Below the pieces are notes generated by a model that worked only from the letters and a program-made list of their open reading frames with translations, did not search any database and was not told where the DNA came from. The translations under genes and the position numbers were made by a program. Positions 16,899 to 31,842 of a DNA stretch of 32,000 nt are shown here, piece by piece (the stretch's first letter is position 1; each line of letters starts with the position of its first letter). This DNA comes from Demequinaceae bacterium. Lineage in GTDB: Bacteria; Actinomycetota; Actinomycetes; Actinomycetales; Demequinaceae. The DNA lies in NCBI GenBank assembly GCA_965250005.1, contig OZ252279.1, positions 510,001 through 542,000 on the forward strand, in the 5' to 3' direction.

Positions 16899-18914
16899 CT
16901 AACGCGGGGCATCAAGAGGGCCATCCACGTGCATGCGCAACTCGCCCGCTCCTTGCGCGGACAACTCTCTCTGGAGGCCGCGAAGCGCATCCACGACGGA
17001 CTGCGTACTGCCCCGAGAGCACAGAAGCGTGCGCGTGCCTGGCGCGCTTGGGACGGTCGCAACGTGGGGATGATCTGCGATCGCGACGCCGTTGACGGTC
17101 GCAGCTCCCACCCCCGCCAGGATGGGCTCTGAACCCTCCACGGCGACCACCCGTCGGAAAGGCGGCAGGCCAATCTCTGCGCGCTCCCGATAGAGCTCGC
17201 CGGAAAGGTCCGCAGGAGCCCACGAGGCGACGCCCCGCGCCACCGCGGGAGGAAGGTCGCCTACCAGCGACACGCCACCGTCCCTGCCGCGCGCTCTGAC
17301 GTGCGCCGCGGCGTTGAGTATGAGCCGTGCGGCGTCTTCCTCGCCATCGAGACCGTGACCCACGAGTGCCCCCGCGTCCACGAAAACCGCGTGGGCGTAG
17401 CCGCCCGCAAATGCGGGCACCGCGCCCGGGGTAGCGACGACGAGTCCCGCGTCGACGGCGTCGTCGGGAAGGATGCCCGCGCCAGACGACGACACCGCCA
17501 CACGTGTGCCCGCGGGAGCCATGGACTCGAGTTGCTCGGCGATACGCTCGACGCCCTGGCGGACGTGCGCGAGGTCAGCTCCGCCGCAGTGTGGGCAGTG
17601 CCAGTCCGCGTTCACTGTTCCGCAGTCCGTGCACGTGGGTGAGTGTTCCGCTCCGGCTAGCGCCAGGTGCCCCGAGCACTCGCGGCACTCGGCCCCCTCC
17701 CGACACTTGGCGCACGCGGTCGCGCGCACATACCCAGCTCGCGGCACGAGCACCAAGACCGGTCCGTGCTGCAGGGCCTTCGAGGCACGCCTCCATGCCC
17801 AACTGGGCATCCAGTGCCATCCGGTGCCGCCCTCGCGCTCGCGCATCTGGTCGTCAGCTACGTGGATCGCGGGCGTTGCCTCGCGCACGTCCCGGCGCGA
17901 TGCGCGCAAGTCTTGGGCGAAGCCGTGCTCCACGAGCGCGCGCGCAGGAACCGACTGGGCAAACCCTCCGATGAGCAGTGCCGCTTGCTCGCGTTCGGCC
18001 CGCAACGCTGCCACAGTGCGCACGTGTGCGTACGGGGCGTGGCGCTCGTCGTAGACGCTATTGCCATCGTCCCAGATGACGAGCAGCCGGAGATTGGGAA
18101 CTGGCGTCATGACCGCGGGCCGGGTGCCCACCACTATCCGCGCGTTCCCGAGCATCGCCGCCATATACGAGCCGTAGCGTTGTGAGGGCCCGTCAGCTGT
18201 GTGGATTTGAGCGAACTCGCCGCCGCTGCGCGCCGTCCAGCCCGTCATCCCGCGCGCGCGACATTCTTGGGAGAAAGCGCGCAAAGCTCGCTCGTCTGGC
18301 AGCACAACGATCGCACTTCCGTCGGCACCCTGCTCGGTTGACAGGGCCGCTGCGACGGCGCCAAGAATCGCGGTTGTCGGGATGGGCGTGGACGGCTGGG
18401 CGGCATCTGGCTGCGTTGGTAGTTCCGGAAGCGCCTCCCAGACCAGGCGTGCGGCGCGCCCAATGTCATCCGCCACGCGCGAGCCACCCCACCTGTCCCA
18501 CGCGTGGGCCAACTCGCCCGTCAACTGGCGGAAGTCGCGCTCCACCCGCGGCGCGCCCTCCCAATCCCGCTTCTCGACGCTCGCGACGCGCGGCGGGGCC
18601 ATCAGCCGGAGCACGTCCCACCGCGAGCCGCCGTAGCGGGCGGCAATAGTGCTAGCCAGATCAAGTGCTGCCGGCGTGAACGACGGCCGCGCAGCAGCGG
18701 AGTTGAGGGGCGCGAGCTTTCCCGCGAAAGCAGATGAGTTCGCGAGTTCGCACACGACTCCGCCGACCAGACGACCCGCGAACCGCACTCGGACACGCGA
18801 TCCGGCGCCTACTACGCCCGCCAGTTTGGAAGGAACAACGTAGTCGAAGAGCCGGTCAAGGTGCGGCAGTGGGCTGTCGATGCAAACCCGCGCGATAGCC
18901 GCGCCGCCGGTCAT
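16899..18914 (-). CDS. priA: Primosomal protein N' (PriA), actinobacterial type with degenerate ATPase motifs
   Basis: 671 aa. N-terminal 3'-DNA-binding-like region (VRVRFAGRLVGGVV) and four CxxC pairs (C401-C443 of the product). Conserved metK-priA-fmt position. Confidence 0.85.
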   Translation of the reverse strand: MTGGAAIARVCIDSPLPHLDRLFDYVVPSKLAGVVGAGSRVRVRFAGRLVGGVVCELANSSAFAGKLAPLNSAAARPSFTPAALDLASTIAARYGGSRWDVLRLMAPPRVASVEKRDWEGAPRVERDFRQLTGELAHAWDRWGGSRVADDIGRAARLVWEALPELPTQPDAAQPSTPIPTTAILGAVAAALSTEQGADGSAIVVLPDERALRAFSQECRARGMTGWTARSGGEFAQIHTADGPSQRYGSYMAAMLGNARIVVGTRPAVMTPVPNLRLLVIWDDGNSVYDERHAPYAHVRTVAALRAEREQAALLIGGFAQSVPARALVEHGFAQDLRASRRDVREATPAIHVADDQMREREGGTGWHWMPSWAWRRASKALQHGPVLVLVPRAGYVRATACAKCREGAECRECSGHLALAGAEHSPTCTDCGTVNADWHCPHCGGADLAHVRQGVERIAEQLESMAPAGTRVAVSSSGAGILPDDAVDAGLVVATPGAVPAFAGGYAHAVFVDAGALVGHGLDGEEDAARLILNAAAHVRARGRDGGVSLVGDLPPAVARGVASWAPADLSGELYRERAEIGLPPFRRVVAVEGSEPILAGVGAATVNGVAIADHPHVATVPSAPGTRTLLCSRGSTQSVVDALRGLQRELSAQGAGELRMHVDGPLDAPR

Positions 18915-20104
18915 TACTTAGCGGCCGCCTGCAGCGCGGCCACGCGGTCGAGTCGCTCCCACGTGAAGTCCTCGAGTTCGCGGCCAAAGTGTCCGTACGC
19001 CGCGGTTTGGCGGAAGATTGGCCGGCGCAAGTTGAGGTCACGGATGATCGCGCCCGGGCGGAGGTCGAATACCTCGCCGATGGCAGCAACAATCTTCCCG
19101 GCCGCGACCGTCTCCGTACCAAACGTTTCAACGTAGAGACCGAGGGGGTGGGCCGTGCCAATCGCGTACGCCACCTGGACCTCACAGCGGTTGGCGAGGC
19201 CAGCGGCAACCACATTCTTTGCTACCCATCGCATTGCGTACGTCGCAGAGCGGTCGACCTTGGATGGATCCTTGCCTGAGAACGCGCCGCCGCCGTGGCG
19301 GGCCATTCCTCCATAAGTGTCCACGATGACCTTGCGACCGGTGAGCCCCGCGTCCGCCGCCGGACCTCCGAGCTCAAACCTGCCGGTGGGGTTGATGAGC
19401 GAGCGGTGACCCGCGGATTCAATGTCGAATTTGGCCAGAACGGGCTCGATGACCTCTGCCTCGATGCTGGCGCGAAGCTTTGCCATGTCCATGCCCTCGC
19501 GATGCTGGGTAGATACCACCACCGTCTCAACCTTGACTGGAGTATCCCCGTCGTACGCAACCGTCACTTGCGCCTTGCCGTCGGGTCGCAATCCGTCAAC
19601 TTCCTCGCGCTTGCGGACCTCAGCTAGCCGCTCGGTGAGCCGGTGCGCAAGTGAGATGGGCAACGGCATGAGTTCCGAGGTGTCGCGGCACGCGTAGCCA
19701 AACATCAGGCCTTGGTCTCCCGCGCCCAGGTTCTCCGGTAGCGCAGACTCGTCAACGCCTGTCTGGTCTGTGGCCTGGTCCACGCCAAGCGCGATGTCGG
19801 GCGACTGCTGGCCGATCGACACCGACACGCCACACGAATCGCCGTCAAACCCATAGCGAGACGAGGTGTAGCCAATATCGTTCACAACTTCGCGGATAAT
19901 GTGCGGGATCTCGACATACGCCTCAGTGGTGACCTCGCCCGCGACGTGCACGAGCCCAGTGGTCACCATGGTTTCGACGGCAACGCGCGACGACGGATCT
20001 TGCGCAAGCATCCCGTCCAGGATCGCGTCCGAGATTTGATCGCAAATCTTGTCAGGGTGTCCCTCGGTCACGGACTCGGAAGTGAAGAGGCGAAGGTCAG
20101 TCAT
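18914..20104 (-). CDS. metK: S-adenosylmethionine synthetase
   Basis: 396 aa with [29 protein letters not shown] and [16 protein letters not shown] motifs. Confidence 0.97.
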   Translation of the reverse strand: MTDLRLFTSESVTEGHPDKICDQISDAILDGMLAQDPSSRVAVETMVTTGLVHVAGEVTTEAYVEIPHIIREVVNDIGYTSSRYGFDGDSCGVSVSIGQQSPDIALGVDQATDQTGVDESALPENLGAGDQGLMFGYACRDTSELMPLPISLAHRLTERLAEVRKREEVDGLRPDGKAQVTVAYDGDTPVKVETVVVSTQHREGMDMAKLRASIEAEVIEPVLAKFDIESAGHRSLINPTGRFELGGPAADAGLTGRKVIVDTYGGMARHGGGAFSGKDPSKVDRSATYAMRWVAKNVVAAGLANRCEVQVAYAIGTAHPLGLYVETFGTETVAAGKIVAAIGEVFDLRPGAIIRDLNLRRPIFRQTAAYGHFGRELEDFTWERLDRVAALQAAAK

Positions 20105-20110
20105 GGTGCC

Positions 20111-20116
20111 AGCGTA
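20111..20116 (-). promoter_or_regulatory. Candidate -10 box (TACGCT) for a leaderless metK
   Basis: TACGCT-ggcacc-ATG: 6-nt spacer to the start codon and no SD. Confidence 0.35.
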
Positions 20117-20132
20117 CCCAGTAGCCCTGACG

Positions 20133-21368
20133 CTACTTACGCAACGCCACGATCACATTCAGAATCGCGTGAGCGACCGCCAGTTTGGGCCCCGCAGCCG
20201 TGGCAACTGCGGCGCCGTCGGGCCCCAGCATCGTCACCTGATTCTCGACATCGCCAAACCCGTGGGACTCGCCCACCGGATTGAAACACAGCAAATCTGC
20301 GCCCTTGCGTTTGGCCTTCGCCACGCCGTGTTCGAGCGCCGACGCCGAGCCATCCCCCGTCTCGGCCGCGAACCCAACAATCGTCTGGCCTTTGCCTCGC
20401 GATTTCAGCAGCGAAGCGAGCACATCTTCTGTAGGCACTAGCTGGAGTGTCAGCGAAGCATCGCCGTCTTTCTTGATCTTGACGTCGCTGCGCTCGGCAG
20501 GGCGGAAATCTGCGACTGCCGCTGCCATGATCACCACGTCAACTTCCCTCGCAGCCTTCTTGGTCGCTTCGGCGAAATCCTCGCCAGTCGATACGTCAAT
20601 GCGGGCGATTTCCTGGTCGAGAGGCAACTCGACGTTGGCCGCCACGACCGTCACCCGCGCGCCGCGCTCATGGGCGGAATGCGCAAGCGCAAACCCTTGG
20701 TTGCCGCTAGAGCGGTTCCCCAGATACCTGACGGCATCCAGCGGTTCGCGTGTGCCCCCTGCGGTGACCAGGACGCTCGTCCCGTCGAGATCTCCCCACG
20801 AGATGTCGGCCGTCGAGACATGCGGTTCAGCCGGAATCCCCTCCCCCGCGGCAATCGAGTAGAGCGCCGCCACGATGTCGTCCGGCTCTGGCAGCCGCCC
20901 TAGTCCTGTGTCCGCGCCCGTAAGCCGACCAACTTCCGGGGGGATCACGTGCACACCGCGTTCCGTGAGCAAGGCCACGTTTGCGCGCGTGGCGGCGTTC
21001 TCCCACATTTCGGTGTGCATCGCGGGCGCAACAACCACGGGGGCGGCCGTCGCGAGGATAGCGTTGCCAAGCAGGTCGCGCGCCTGGCCGTGCGCCATCG
21101 ACGCCAAGAAGTCTGCGGTGGCAGGTGCGATCAGGACGATGTCGGCCTGCTGTCCAAGCCGGACGTGCTCGACATCAGGAACATTGTCGAAGGTCCCGGA
21201 CGTTGCAGATTGCCCGGAAAGTGCCTCCCACGTGGCTCGGCCGACAAACTCGAGCGAGGCGCGGGTGGGAACAACGCGAACACTGTGGCCGTCCTCACGC
21301 AGGCGTCGGAGCACGATGGCAACCTTGTAGGCCGCGATGCCGCCGGTGACGCCCAGGAGGACGCGCAT
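20133..21368 (-). CDS. coaBC: Bifunctional phosphopantothenoylcysteine decarboxylase / phosphopantothenate-cysteine ligase
   Basis: 411 aa. N-terminal flavoprotein domain ([18 protein letters not shown]) and C-terminal CoaB domain (GNRSSGNQG). Confidence 0.95.
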   Translation of the reverse strand: MRVLLGVTGGIAAYKVAIVLRRLREDGHSVRVVPTRASLEFVGRATWEALSGQSATSGTFDNVPDVEHVRLGQQADIVLIAPATADFLASMAHGQARDLLGNAILATAAPVVVAPAMHTEMWENAATRANVALLTERGVHVIPPEVGRLTGADTGLGRLPEPDDIVAALYSIAAGEGIPAEPHVSTADISWGDLDGTSVLVTAGGTREPLDAVRYLGNRSSGNQGFALAHSAHERGARVTVVAANVELPLDQEIARIDVSTGEDFAEATKKAAREVDVVIMAAAVADFRPAERSDVKIKKDGDASLTLQLVPTEDVLASLLKSRGKGQTIVGFAAETGDGSASALEHGVAKAKRKGADLLCFNPVGESHGFGDVENQVTMLGPDGAAVATAAGPKLAVAHAILNVIVALRK

Positions 21369-21370
21369 GG

Positions 21371-21637
21371 CTACTCGTTCAGGTCGGTGAGCGCGAGCAG
21401 GTTGCCCTCGTTAAGCTCGCGGAGCGCAACGCTAAGCGCCTTGTCGGTCGAGTCGGCCTCGACGAGCGGGCCCACGTTCTCGAAGTGACCCTCTCCCAAC
21501 GCCTCGTAGTACGAGTTGATCTGGCGCGCACGCTTGGAACTGTAGATCACCAGGGCATACTTGGAATCTACCTTGGCAAGGAGTTCGTCAATGGGCGGAT
21601 TGGTGATGCCCTCGGGGTTTGCGATTGTTCCGGCCAC
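21371..21637 (-). CDS. rpoZ: DNA-directed RNA polymerase subunit omega
   Basis: 88 aa with [36 protein letters not shown] start with GGAG SD 5 nt upstream. Confidence 0.9.
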   Translation of the reverse strand: MAGTIANPEGITNPPIDELLAKVDSKYALVIYSSKRARQINSYYEALGEGHFENVGPLVEADSTDKALSVALRELNEGNLLALTDLNE

Positions 21638-21655
21638 GTCAACTCCACGTTTTGG

Positions 21656-21676
21656 TCCGCGGGACAGCCCCGCGGA
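21656..21676 (-). other. GC-rich RNA hairpin in the gmk-rpoZ spacer
   Basis: CCGCGGG (21657..21663) pairs with CCCGCGG (21669..21675), plus a flanking T-A pair and a 5-nt loop. No U-tract follows on the - strand, so it is not a canonical intrinsic terminator. Confidence 0.4.
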
Positions 21677-21686
21677 AGCGGCCCTC

Positions 21687-21692
21687 AGTCTA
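21687..21692 (-). promoter_or_regulatory. Candidate -10 box (TAGACT) upstream of rpoZ, built on the gmk stop codon
   Basis: The TAG stop of gmk plus ACT forms TAGACT, 49 nt upstream of the rpoZ GTG. Confidence 0.3.
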
Positions 21693-22244
21693 CCCGTCGC
21701 TGCGCAATAGTGCGTTCACGTGGCTCACACACGCGTCGAGCGAGTCGTTGATGACGATGTGCTCGAATTCTCCCGAGGCATCCATCTCGCGTCGCGCCGT
21801 CTCGAGCCTTTGGGACTGCTCCGCCCGATCCTCCGTGGCCCGACCCTCGAGGCGGCGCACCAACTCGTGCCACGATGGCGGCTCCACGAATACGAACATC
21901 GCCTCTGGCATGGCCTCGCGGACCTGGCGGGCGCCTTGCAGGTCTATCTCAAGAATGCACGGTGTACCCTCAGCAACGCGTTCCTCTACGGGTCCGCGCG
22001 GCGTCCCGTAGCGATGCCTGCCGTGGACGGTGGCCCACTCGAGCAGTTCGTCGTCTTCGATCATGCTCTCGAACGCCTCGGCTGTGACAAAGAAGTAGTC
22101 CTCGCCCTCGATTTCGCCGGGGCGCGCCGAACGCGTTGTTGCGGAGACGGATATCCATACATCCGGGTATCTCTCCACGAGTCTGCGCACAATGGTGCCC
22201 TTGCCCACGGCTGTCGGACCCACGAGTACCATCAATTTGCTCAT
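21690..22244 (-). CDS. gmk: Guanylate kinase
   Basis: 184 aa with P-loop GPTAVGKGT and [26 protein letters not shown] 7 nt upstream of the ATG. Confidence 0.95.
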   Translation of the reverse strand: MSKLMVLVGPTAVGKGTIVRRLVERYPDVWISVSATTRSARPGEIEGEDYFFVTAEAFESMIEDDELLEWATVHGRHRYGTPRGPVEERVAEGTPCILEIDLQGARQVREAMPEAMFVFVEPPSWHELVRRLEGRATEDRAEQSQRLETARREMDASGEFEHIVINDSLDACVSHVNALLRSDG

Positions 22245-22254
22245 CGCCGGATCC

Positions 22255-22575
22255 TCACGTGCCCAACCGCGTCAGCAGGGTAGAAACTTGATTCTCGCCA
22301 AGCCCGCGCACACGGCGCGACTCCGCGATGCCGACCTGCGTCATGATCTCTCGCGCTCGCGTGGGCCCGACGCCAGGGAGGCACTGCAGCAGGTGGACCA
22401 CGCGGATGCCAGCGAGGGCCGGGTCCTCCTTCGCAAGGACGAGGGCGGTGCCGAATCCTACCTCCCCATTCGCAACCGAATCCTTGAACTTTCTGCGTGC
22501 CATGCGTACTGCTGTGGCCTTCACGAGGGCAGCCGCGCGCTGCTCGGGCGTGAGTTGGGGCGCGGTCGAAGCCAT
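22255..22575 (-). CDS. mihF: Actinobacterial integration host factor MihF
   Basis: 106 aa beginning MASTAPQLTPEQRAAALVKA, with LLQCLPGVGPTRAREIM (helix-hairpin-helix-like). Conserved position between pyrF and gmk. Confidence 0.85.
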   Translation of the reverse strand: MASTAPQLTPEQRAAALVKATAVRMARRKFKDSVANGEVGFGTALVLAKEDPALAGIRVVHLLQCLPGVGPTRAREIMTQVGIAESRRVRGLGENQVSTLLTRLGT

Positions 22576-22577
22576 GA

Positions 22578-23423
22578 TCAGGACCCCCGCAGCGCCTGGC
22601 GCGCCTGGTCGGCAGCATGCCTGACAGCGTCACGAAGCTTCTCACCGAACGGGCCATGCTGAAGGACGCCGCGGCTCTGATGCGCCAGCACCTGGCCCCG
22701 TGCGGCCCCAAAGACATCCGCTAGTTCCGTTGCGCCCGCCCCCTGCGCGCCCACACCGGGTGCCAGCAGCGGTCCATTGACCGCAGCGAGCGGCACCGAT
22801 AGTGCCCGCGCGGCGTCGCCAGTCGTGGCGCCCACAACGAGCCCAATGTCGCCCATCGGCTCGGCTCCAGCGTTGATCTCAGCTGCCTTCGTCGCGATTG
22901 CGGCGGAAACCGCTACGCCGTCCGCGTCGCGCGCGTGTTGAACGCTAGCGCCCTCGGGGTTTGACGTCAGGCAGAGCACAAACACGCCCTTGCCGTGTTG
23001 GGCAGCAAGATCGAGCGCGGGCTGCAGGGCACCGAAGCCAAGATAGGGCGAGACGGTGAGCGCATGGGCTTCGAGGGGGGCTCCCGGTCGCAGGAACGCG
23101 TCGGCGTACCCGGACATGGTGGAGCCGATGTCGCCGCGCTTGGCGTCCATGATGGTCAGGATGCCGCGTCCGCGCGCAGCCTCAAGAACCTGCTCGAGCG
23201 CCGAGAAGCCGCGCGCGCCGTGGCGCTCGAAGAACGCGATCTGAAACTTCACCACCGCCACTTCTTGATCACACGCGTCTATGACACTCTGCCCGAACTG
23301 AAGCAGGCCCTCCGCGGAGTCGGGAATACCCCACATGGCCAGCATCTCTGGTGACGGGTCTACCCCGACAGACAGCGGACCGTACTTGTCCATCGCGACC
23401 GCGAGGTCGGCGCCGAATCCCAT
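22578..23423 (-). CDS. pyrF: Orotidine 5'-phosphate decarboxylase (type 2, long form)
   Basis: 281 aa with VKFQIAFFE and MDAKRGDIGSTM motifs. It is the last pyrimidine biosynthesis gene after carB. Confidence 0.92.
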   Translation of the reverse strand: MGFGADLAVAMDKYGPLSVGVDPSPEMLAMWGIPDSAEGLLQFGQSVIDACDQEVAVVKFQIAFFERHGARGFSALEQVLEAARGRGILTIMDAKRGDIGSTMSGYADAFLRPGAPLEAHALTVSPYLGFGALQPALDLAAQHGKGVFVLCLTSNPEGASVQHARDADGVAVSAAIATKAAEINAGAEPMGDIGLVVGATTGDAARALSVPLAAVNGPLLAPGVGAQGAGATELADVFGAARGQVLAHQSRGVLQHGPFGEKLRDAVRHAADQARQALRGS

Positions 23424-23431
23424 CAGGCCCC

Positions 23432-26721
<3,290 letters not shown>

Positions 26722-26722
<1 letters not shown>

Positions 26723-27867
26723 CAGCGACCACCTGCCGGGATCTTGCCCATGACCTCGAGGAACCGGTCAAACAGGTAGGCGGCATCGTGCGGACCCGCC
26801 GCGGCCTCCGGGTGGTACTGAACGCTGAACGCCGGGATGTCGAGACATTCGAGCCCCTCCACGACGTCGTCGTTGAGGCAGACGTGACTCACTCGCACCT
26901 TTCCATATTCTCCGCGAGGCGCCACGGTCTCGCCGTCAAGTGGCACATCGACCGCGAACCCATGATTGTGGGCCGTGATTTCCACCTTGCCGGTGGTGCG
27001 GTCCATCACGGGCTGGTTGATGCCGCGGTGACCGAACTGAAGCTTGTACGTGCCGAAGCCGAGCGCCCGCCCAAGCAGCTGGTTGCCGTAGCAGATGCCA
27101 AAGAACGGCACCTTGGCGTCGAGCACCGCCCGGAGCGTATCGACGGCTTGAGTCGCGGCGCCGGGGTCGCCGGGGCCGTTGCTATAGAACACGCCGTCGG
27201 GCTTGCGCTCCAGGATGTCTGCGGCAGAGGTGCTCGACGGCACCACCGTGACGTCGATGCCGCGCCCGGCCATCATCTCGGGCGTCATGGACTTAATCCC
27301 GAGGTCCACGGCCACCACCGTCGCGACGGTCGGCGTGCCCGCGGGCGGAGAGACCACGTAGGCCTCGCTCACCGAGACCGCATCTGCAAGGTGGGCTCCC
27401 GCCATCTGATCGCTGGCCTTGACCGTCGCGAGCATCTCTGCGTTAGTCCCGAGCGCGCCGCCAGAAAATATCCCGGCTCGCATCACGCCAGCGCTACGCA
27501 GGATGCGCGTCAACTGCCGCGTGTCGATCCCCGAAATCCCGACGATGCCGCCCTCGACCAAGTCATCCACGAGCGTCCGCTCGGAGCGCCAGTTGGATGC
27601 ACGCCGCGCGGGGTCGCGCACCACGTAGCCCGCTACCCATATCTTGCGGGACTCGGTGTCCTCCGAGTTCATACCCGTATTGCCGATATGCGGCGCCGTC
27701 ATCACCACAATCTGGTGGTGATACGACGGGTCCGTGAGCGTCTCCTGGTAGCCGGTCATACCGGTGTTGAAAACGGCCTCGCCCGTGGTTTGCCCTTCGG
27801 CTCCAAAGGCCTGACCCTCGAACGTCGTGCCGTCCTCGAGGACTAGCACTGCGCGCGTATTCGTCAC
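26722..27867 (-). CDS. carA: Carbamoyl-phosphate synthase small (glutaminase) subunit
   Basis: 381 aa with triad glutamine amidotransferase motifs [10 protein letters not shown] and HNHGF, and YHPEA. Confidence 0.96.
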
Positions 27868-29158
27868 TTCTCTCCTTCTGGCGCCTCAAGCGCATATGTC
27901 TGCTTGCCACGCAGGAACGTCGCGACGACGCGCCCGGGCAACTTGACTCCACCGTACGGCGAATTGTTCGACCGGCTCAACGTCTTTGCCGGCTCGACGG
28001 TCCACGCGCGAGCAGGGTCGTAGAGGGTCACGTTTGCCGGCTCTCCTGGCTTGAGTTCACGGCCGTGTGCGTCGTCCCGCGCGATGGCCGCTGGATTCTC
28101 TGACATCGCTCGCGCAACGTCGCGCCATGTCATCGCTCCAGGCGCGACCATCGTCTTGTGCACGATGCTGAGTGCGGTTTCGAGGCCGATCATCCCCATC
28201 GCGGCGGCCGCCCACTCGCAGTCCTTGTCTTCGTCTGGGTGAGGCGCGTGGTCGGTAGCGACGATGTCGATGGTGCCGTCCGCGAGGCCCGCGCGCACCG
28301 CGTCCACGTCTTGTTGTGTCCGCAGCGGTGGGTTCACTTTGAAGCGCGGGTCGTATCCCCGAACGCTCTCGTCTGTGAGGAGCAGGTGGTGCGGCATGGC
28401 CTCGGCGGTCACGTTGATGCCGCGACCCTTCGCCCAGCGGACAATTTCGACCGAGCCTGCCGTCGACAGGTGGCAGATGTGAACTCGAGATCCGACGTGC
28501 CCGGCGAGCAGCACATCGCGAGCGACGATGCTCTCTTCCGCGGCAGCAGGCCAGCCTCCAAGTCCGAGCTCGGCAGAGACCACGCCCTCGTGCATCTGCG
28601 CGCCCTCGGTGAGCAGCGGGTCCTGCGCGTGCTGCGCTACCACGCCGTCGAACGTCTTCACGTACTCGAGCGCACGGCGCATGAGCACGGGGTTATCGAC
28701 GCAGTTGCCGTCGTCGCTGAAAATACGCACCTTCGCACGCGACAGCGCCATCGCCCCGAGCTCCGCAAGTCGCTCACCGCCGAGACCAACGGTGACTGCC
28801 CCTACGGGATACACGTCGACGAGGCCAACTTCTTGGCCGCGGTGCCACACCTGTTCGACAACCCCGGCGGTGTCAGCTACGGGGTCGGTATTTGCCATCG
28901 CGTGCACCGCGGTGAAGCCGCCAGCTGCCGCGCTCCGAGACCCAGATTCGATCGTCTCTGCATCCTCGCGACCCGGCTCGCGCAGGTGCGTGTGCATGTC
29001 CACCAGGCCCGGGAGGGCAATCATTCCCGCGCCGTCGAGAACCGTCGCGCCGGTGGGCGCGTCAGCCATGTCGAGCGACAGAATCTTGCCGTCGACAAGA
29101 ACCAGGTCGCCGTGCGTCTCGCCGTACAGCGATACGCCCTTGAGTACCGTCGCCGTCG

Positions 29159-29162
<4 letters not shown>
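27864..29162 (-). CDS. pyrC: Dihydroorotase
   Basis: 432 aa with metal ligands [10 protein letters not shown] and ATDHAPH. Confidence 0.95.
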
Positions 29163-30704
<1,542 letters not shown>

Positions 30705-30717
30705 TGTCTATCGACCG

Positions 30718-31164
30718 TCACTCTACCGGAGCGTCGGCCCCCGGCTTGACGTCCGCGCCGTCAGGCTCGAGGCCCGCGATCGCGCCAAGCACGCCGTTCA
30801 GATAGCCGGGCGAATCGTCCGTGCTCAGTGCGGCGGCGAGCTCAATGGCCTCGGAAACGGCCACAGCCGCGGGGACGTCGTCGTTCCACCGGATTTCCCA
30901 CGTGGCAATGCGCGCGAGTGCGCGGTCGACGGCGGGCATCCGGTCGACGGACCGCGACAGAGACGCCGGCGCAAGGATCGCCTCAATCTCGGCCCAGTGC
31001 GCGGTAATGCCACGCACGATGCTCTTGGAATACTCGGGCAGAGCGGTCTGGGCGCCGGAATCCTTCAACCGTTCCTCGAGCACGGTGAGAACGTTTGCTC
31101 GGCGCTGGTCGGCTTCGAACAGCACGTCTAATGCGCGCTTGCGAGCCTTGGTGCGAGCGGCCAC
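30718..31164 (-). CDS. nusB: Transcription antitermination factor NusB
   Basis: 148 aa with ARKRALDVLFEAD...VDRALARIATWEI. GTG start overlaps the efp stop (TAGTG). Confidence 0.9.
   Translation of the reverse strand: MAARTKARKRALDVLFEADQRRANVLTVLEERLKDSGAQTALPEYSKSIVRGITAHWAEIEAILAPASLSRSVDRMPAVDRALARIATWEIRWNDDVPAAVAVSEAIELAAALSTDDSPGYLNGVLGAIAGLEPDGADVKPGADAPVE
30720..30725 (-). promoter_or_regulatory. Candidate -10 box (TAGAGT) for the pyr operon, overlapping the nusB stop region
   Basis: TANNNT hexamer about 57 nt upstream of the pyrR ATG. It would give a leader containing the PyrR hairpin. No clear -35. Confidence 0.25.
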
Positions 31165-31727
31165 TAGTCGTTGACGCGCGAGACGTAGTCGCCGTTGCGA
31201 GTGTCCACCTTGACCTTGTTGCCTTCTTCGACGAAGAGCGGCACGTGGATCTCCAGGCCCGTCTCTACTGTCGCGGGCTTGGTGCCGCCGGAAGAGCGGT
31301 CGCCCTGAAGCCCGGGCTCCGTGTACGTCACTGTGAGAACGACGGACGCCGCAAGCTCGATGAAGATCGGATTGCCGTTGTGTAGGCCGAGGACCACGTT
31401 CGAGTTCTCTAGAAGGAAGTTCTTCGCGTCGCCCATAATCTCGGGCGTAACGGTGGTCTGCTCAAAACCTTCTGGGTCCATGAAGATGTAGTCCGTACCG
31501 TCGTTGTAGAGGTACTGCATGGTGCGCCGGTCCACGGTCTCGAACTCCACCTTCGCGCCCGCGTTGAACGTCTTGTCGACAACTTTGCCCGAGAGCACAT
31601 TCTTCATCTTGGTGCGTACGAACGCGCCACCCTTGCCGGGCTTGACGTGCTGAAAGCCGATGACGGACCACAACTGTCCGTCGAGGTTGAGCACGGAGCC
31701 GTTCTTGATGTCGTTCGAGGAAGCCAC
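31164..31727 (-). CDS. efp: Elongation factor P
   Basis: 187 aa from GTG 31727 ([42 protein letters not shown]), preceded by AAGGA 6 nt upstream. The ORF-track start at 31760 is a TTG adding 11 non-conserved residues. Confidence 0.92.
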   Translation of the reverse strand: MASSNDIKNGSVLNLDGQLWSVIGFQHVKPGKGGAFVRTKMKNVLSGKVVDKTFNAGAKVEFETVDRRTMQYLYNDGTDYIFMDPEGFEQTTVTPEIMGDAKNFLLENSNVVLGLHNGNPIFIELAASVVLTVTYTEPGLQGDRSSGGTKPATVETGLEIHVPLFVEEGNKVKVDTRNGDYVSRVND

Positions 31728-31778
31728 GAGATGTCCTTGTTTGTCGATGAATGCGCTCAAGGCGCGGGACCGGGGGCA

Positions 31779-31784
31779 AGTCTA
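31779..31784 (-). promoter_or_regulatory. Candidate -10 box (TAGACT) upstream of efp
   Basis: TAGACTTG lies in the aroQ-efp gap, 51 nt upstream of GTG 31727. The same 8-mer occurs upstream of tatA. Confidence 0.35.
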
Positions 31785-31842
31785 ACGGACGGGGCGTGGA
31801 ACCAGGCTCGGCCTATGCTTCCCGCGGTGCCGTGGCCCGGGG

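Noticed and set aside
16885-16899. GCGCGC-gag-GCGCGC hairpin between priA and fmt
   Set aside because: It is a 6-bp stem made of a self-complementary GC repeat, which arises easily in GC-rich DNA. There is no U-tract, and it overlaps the priA stop. No basis for a function.
20105-20132. SAM riboswitch upstream of metK
   Set aside because: The spacer is only 28 nt. It instead has a TACGCT box 6 nt from the ATG, a leaderless-type arrangement.
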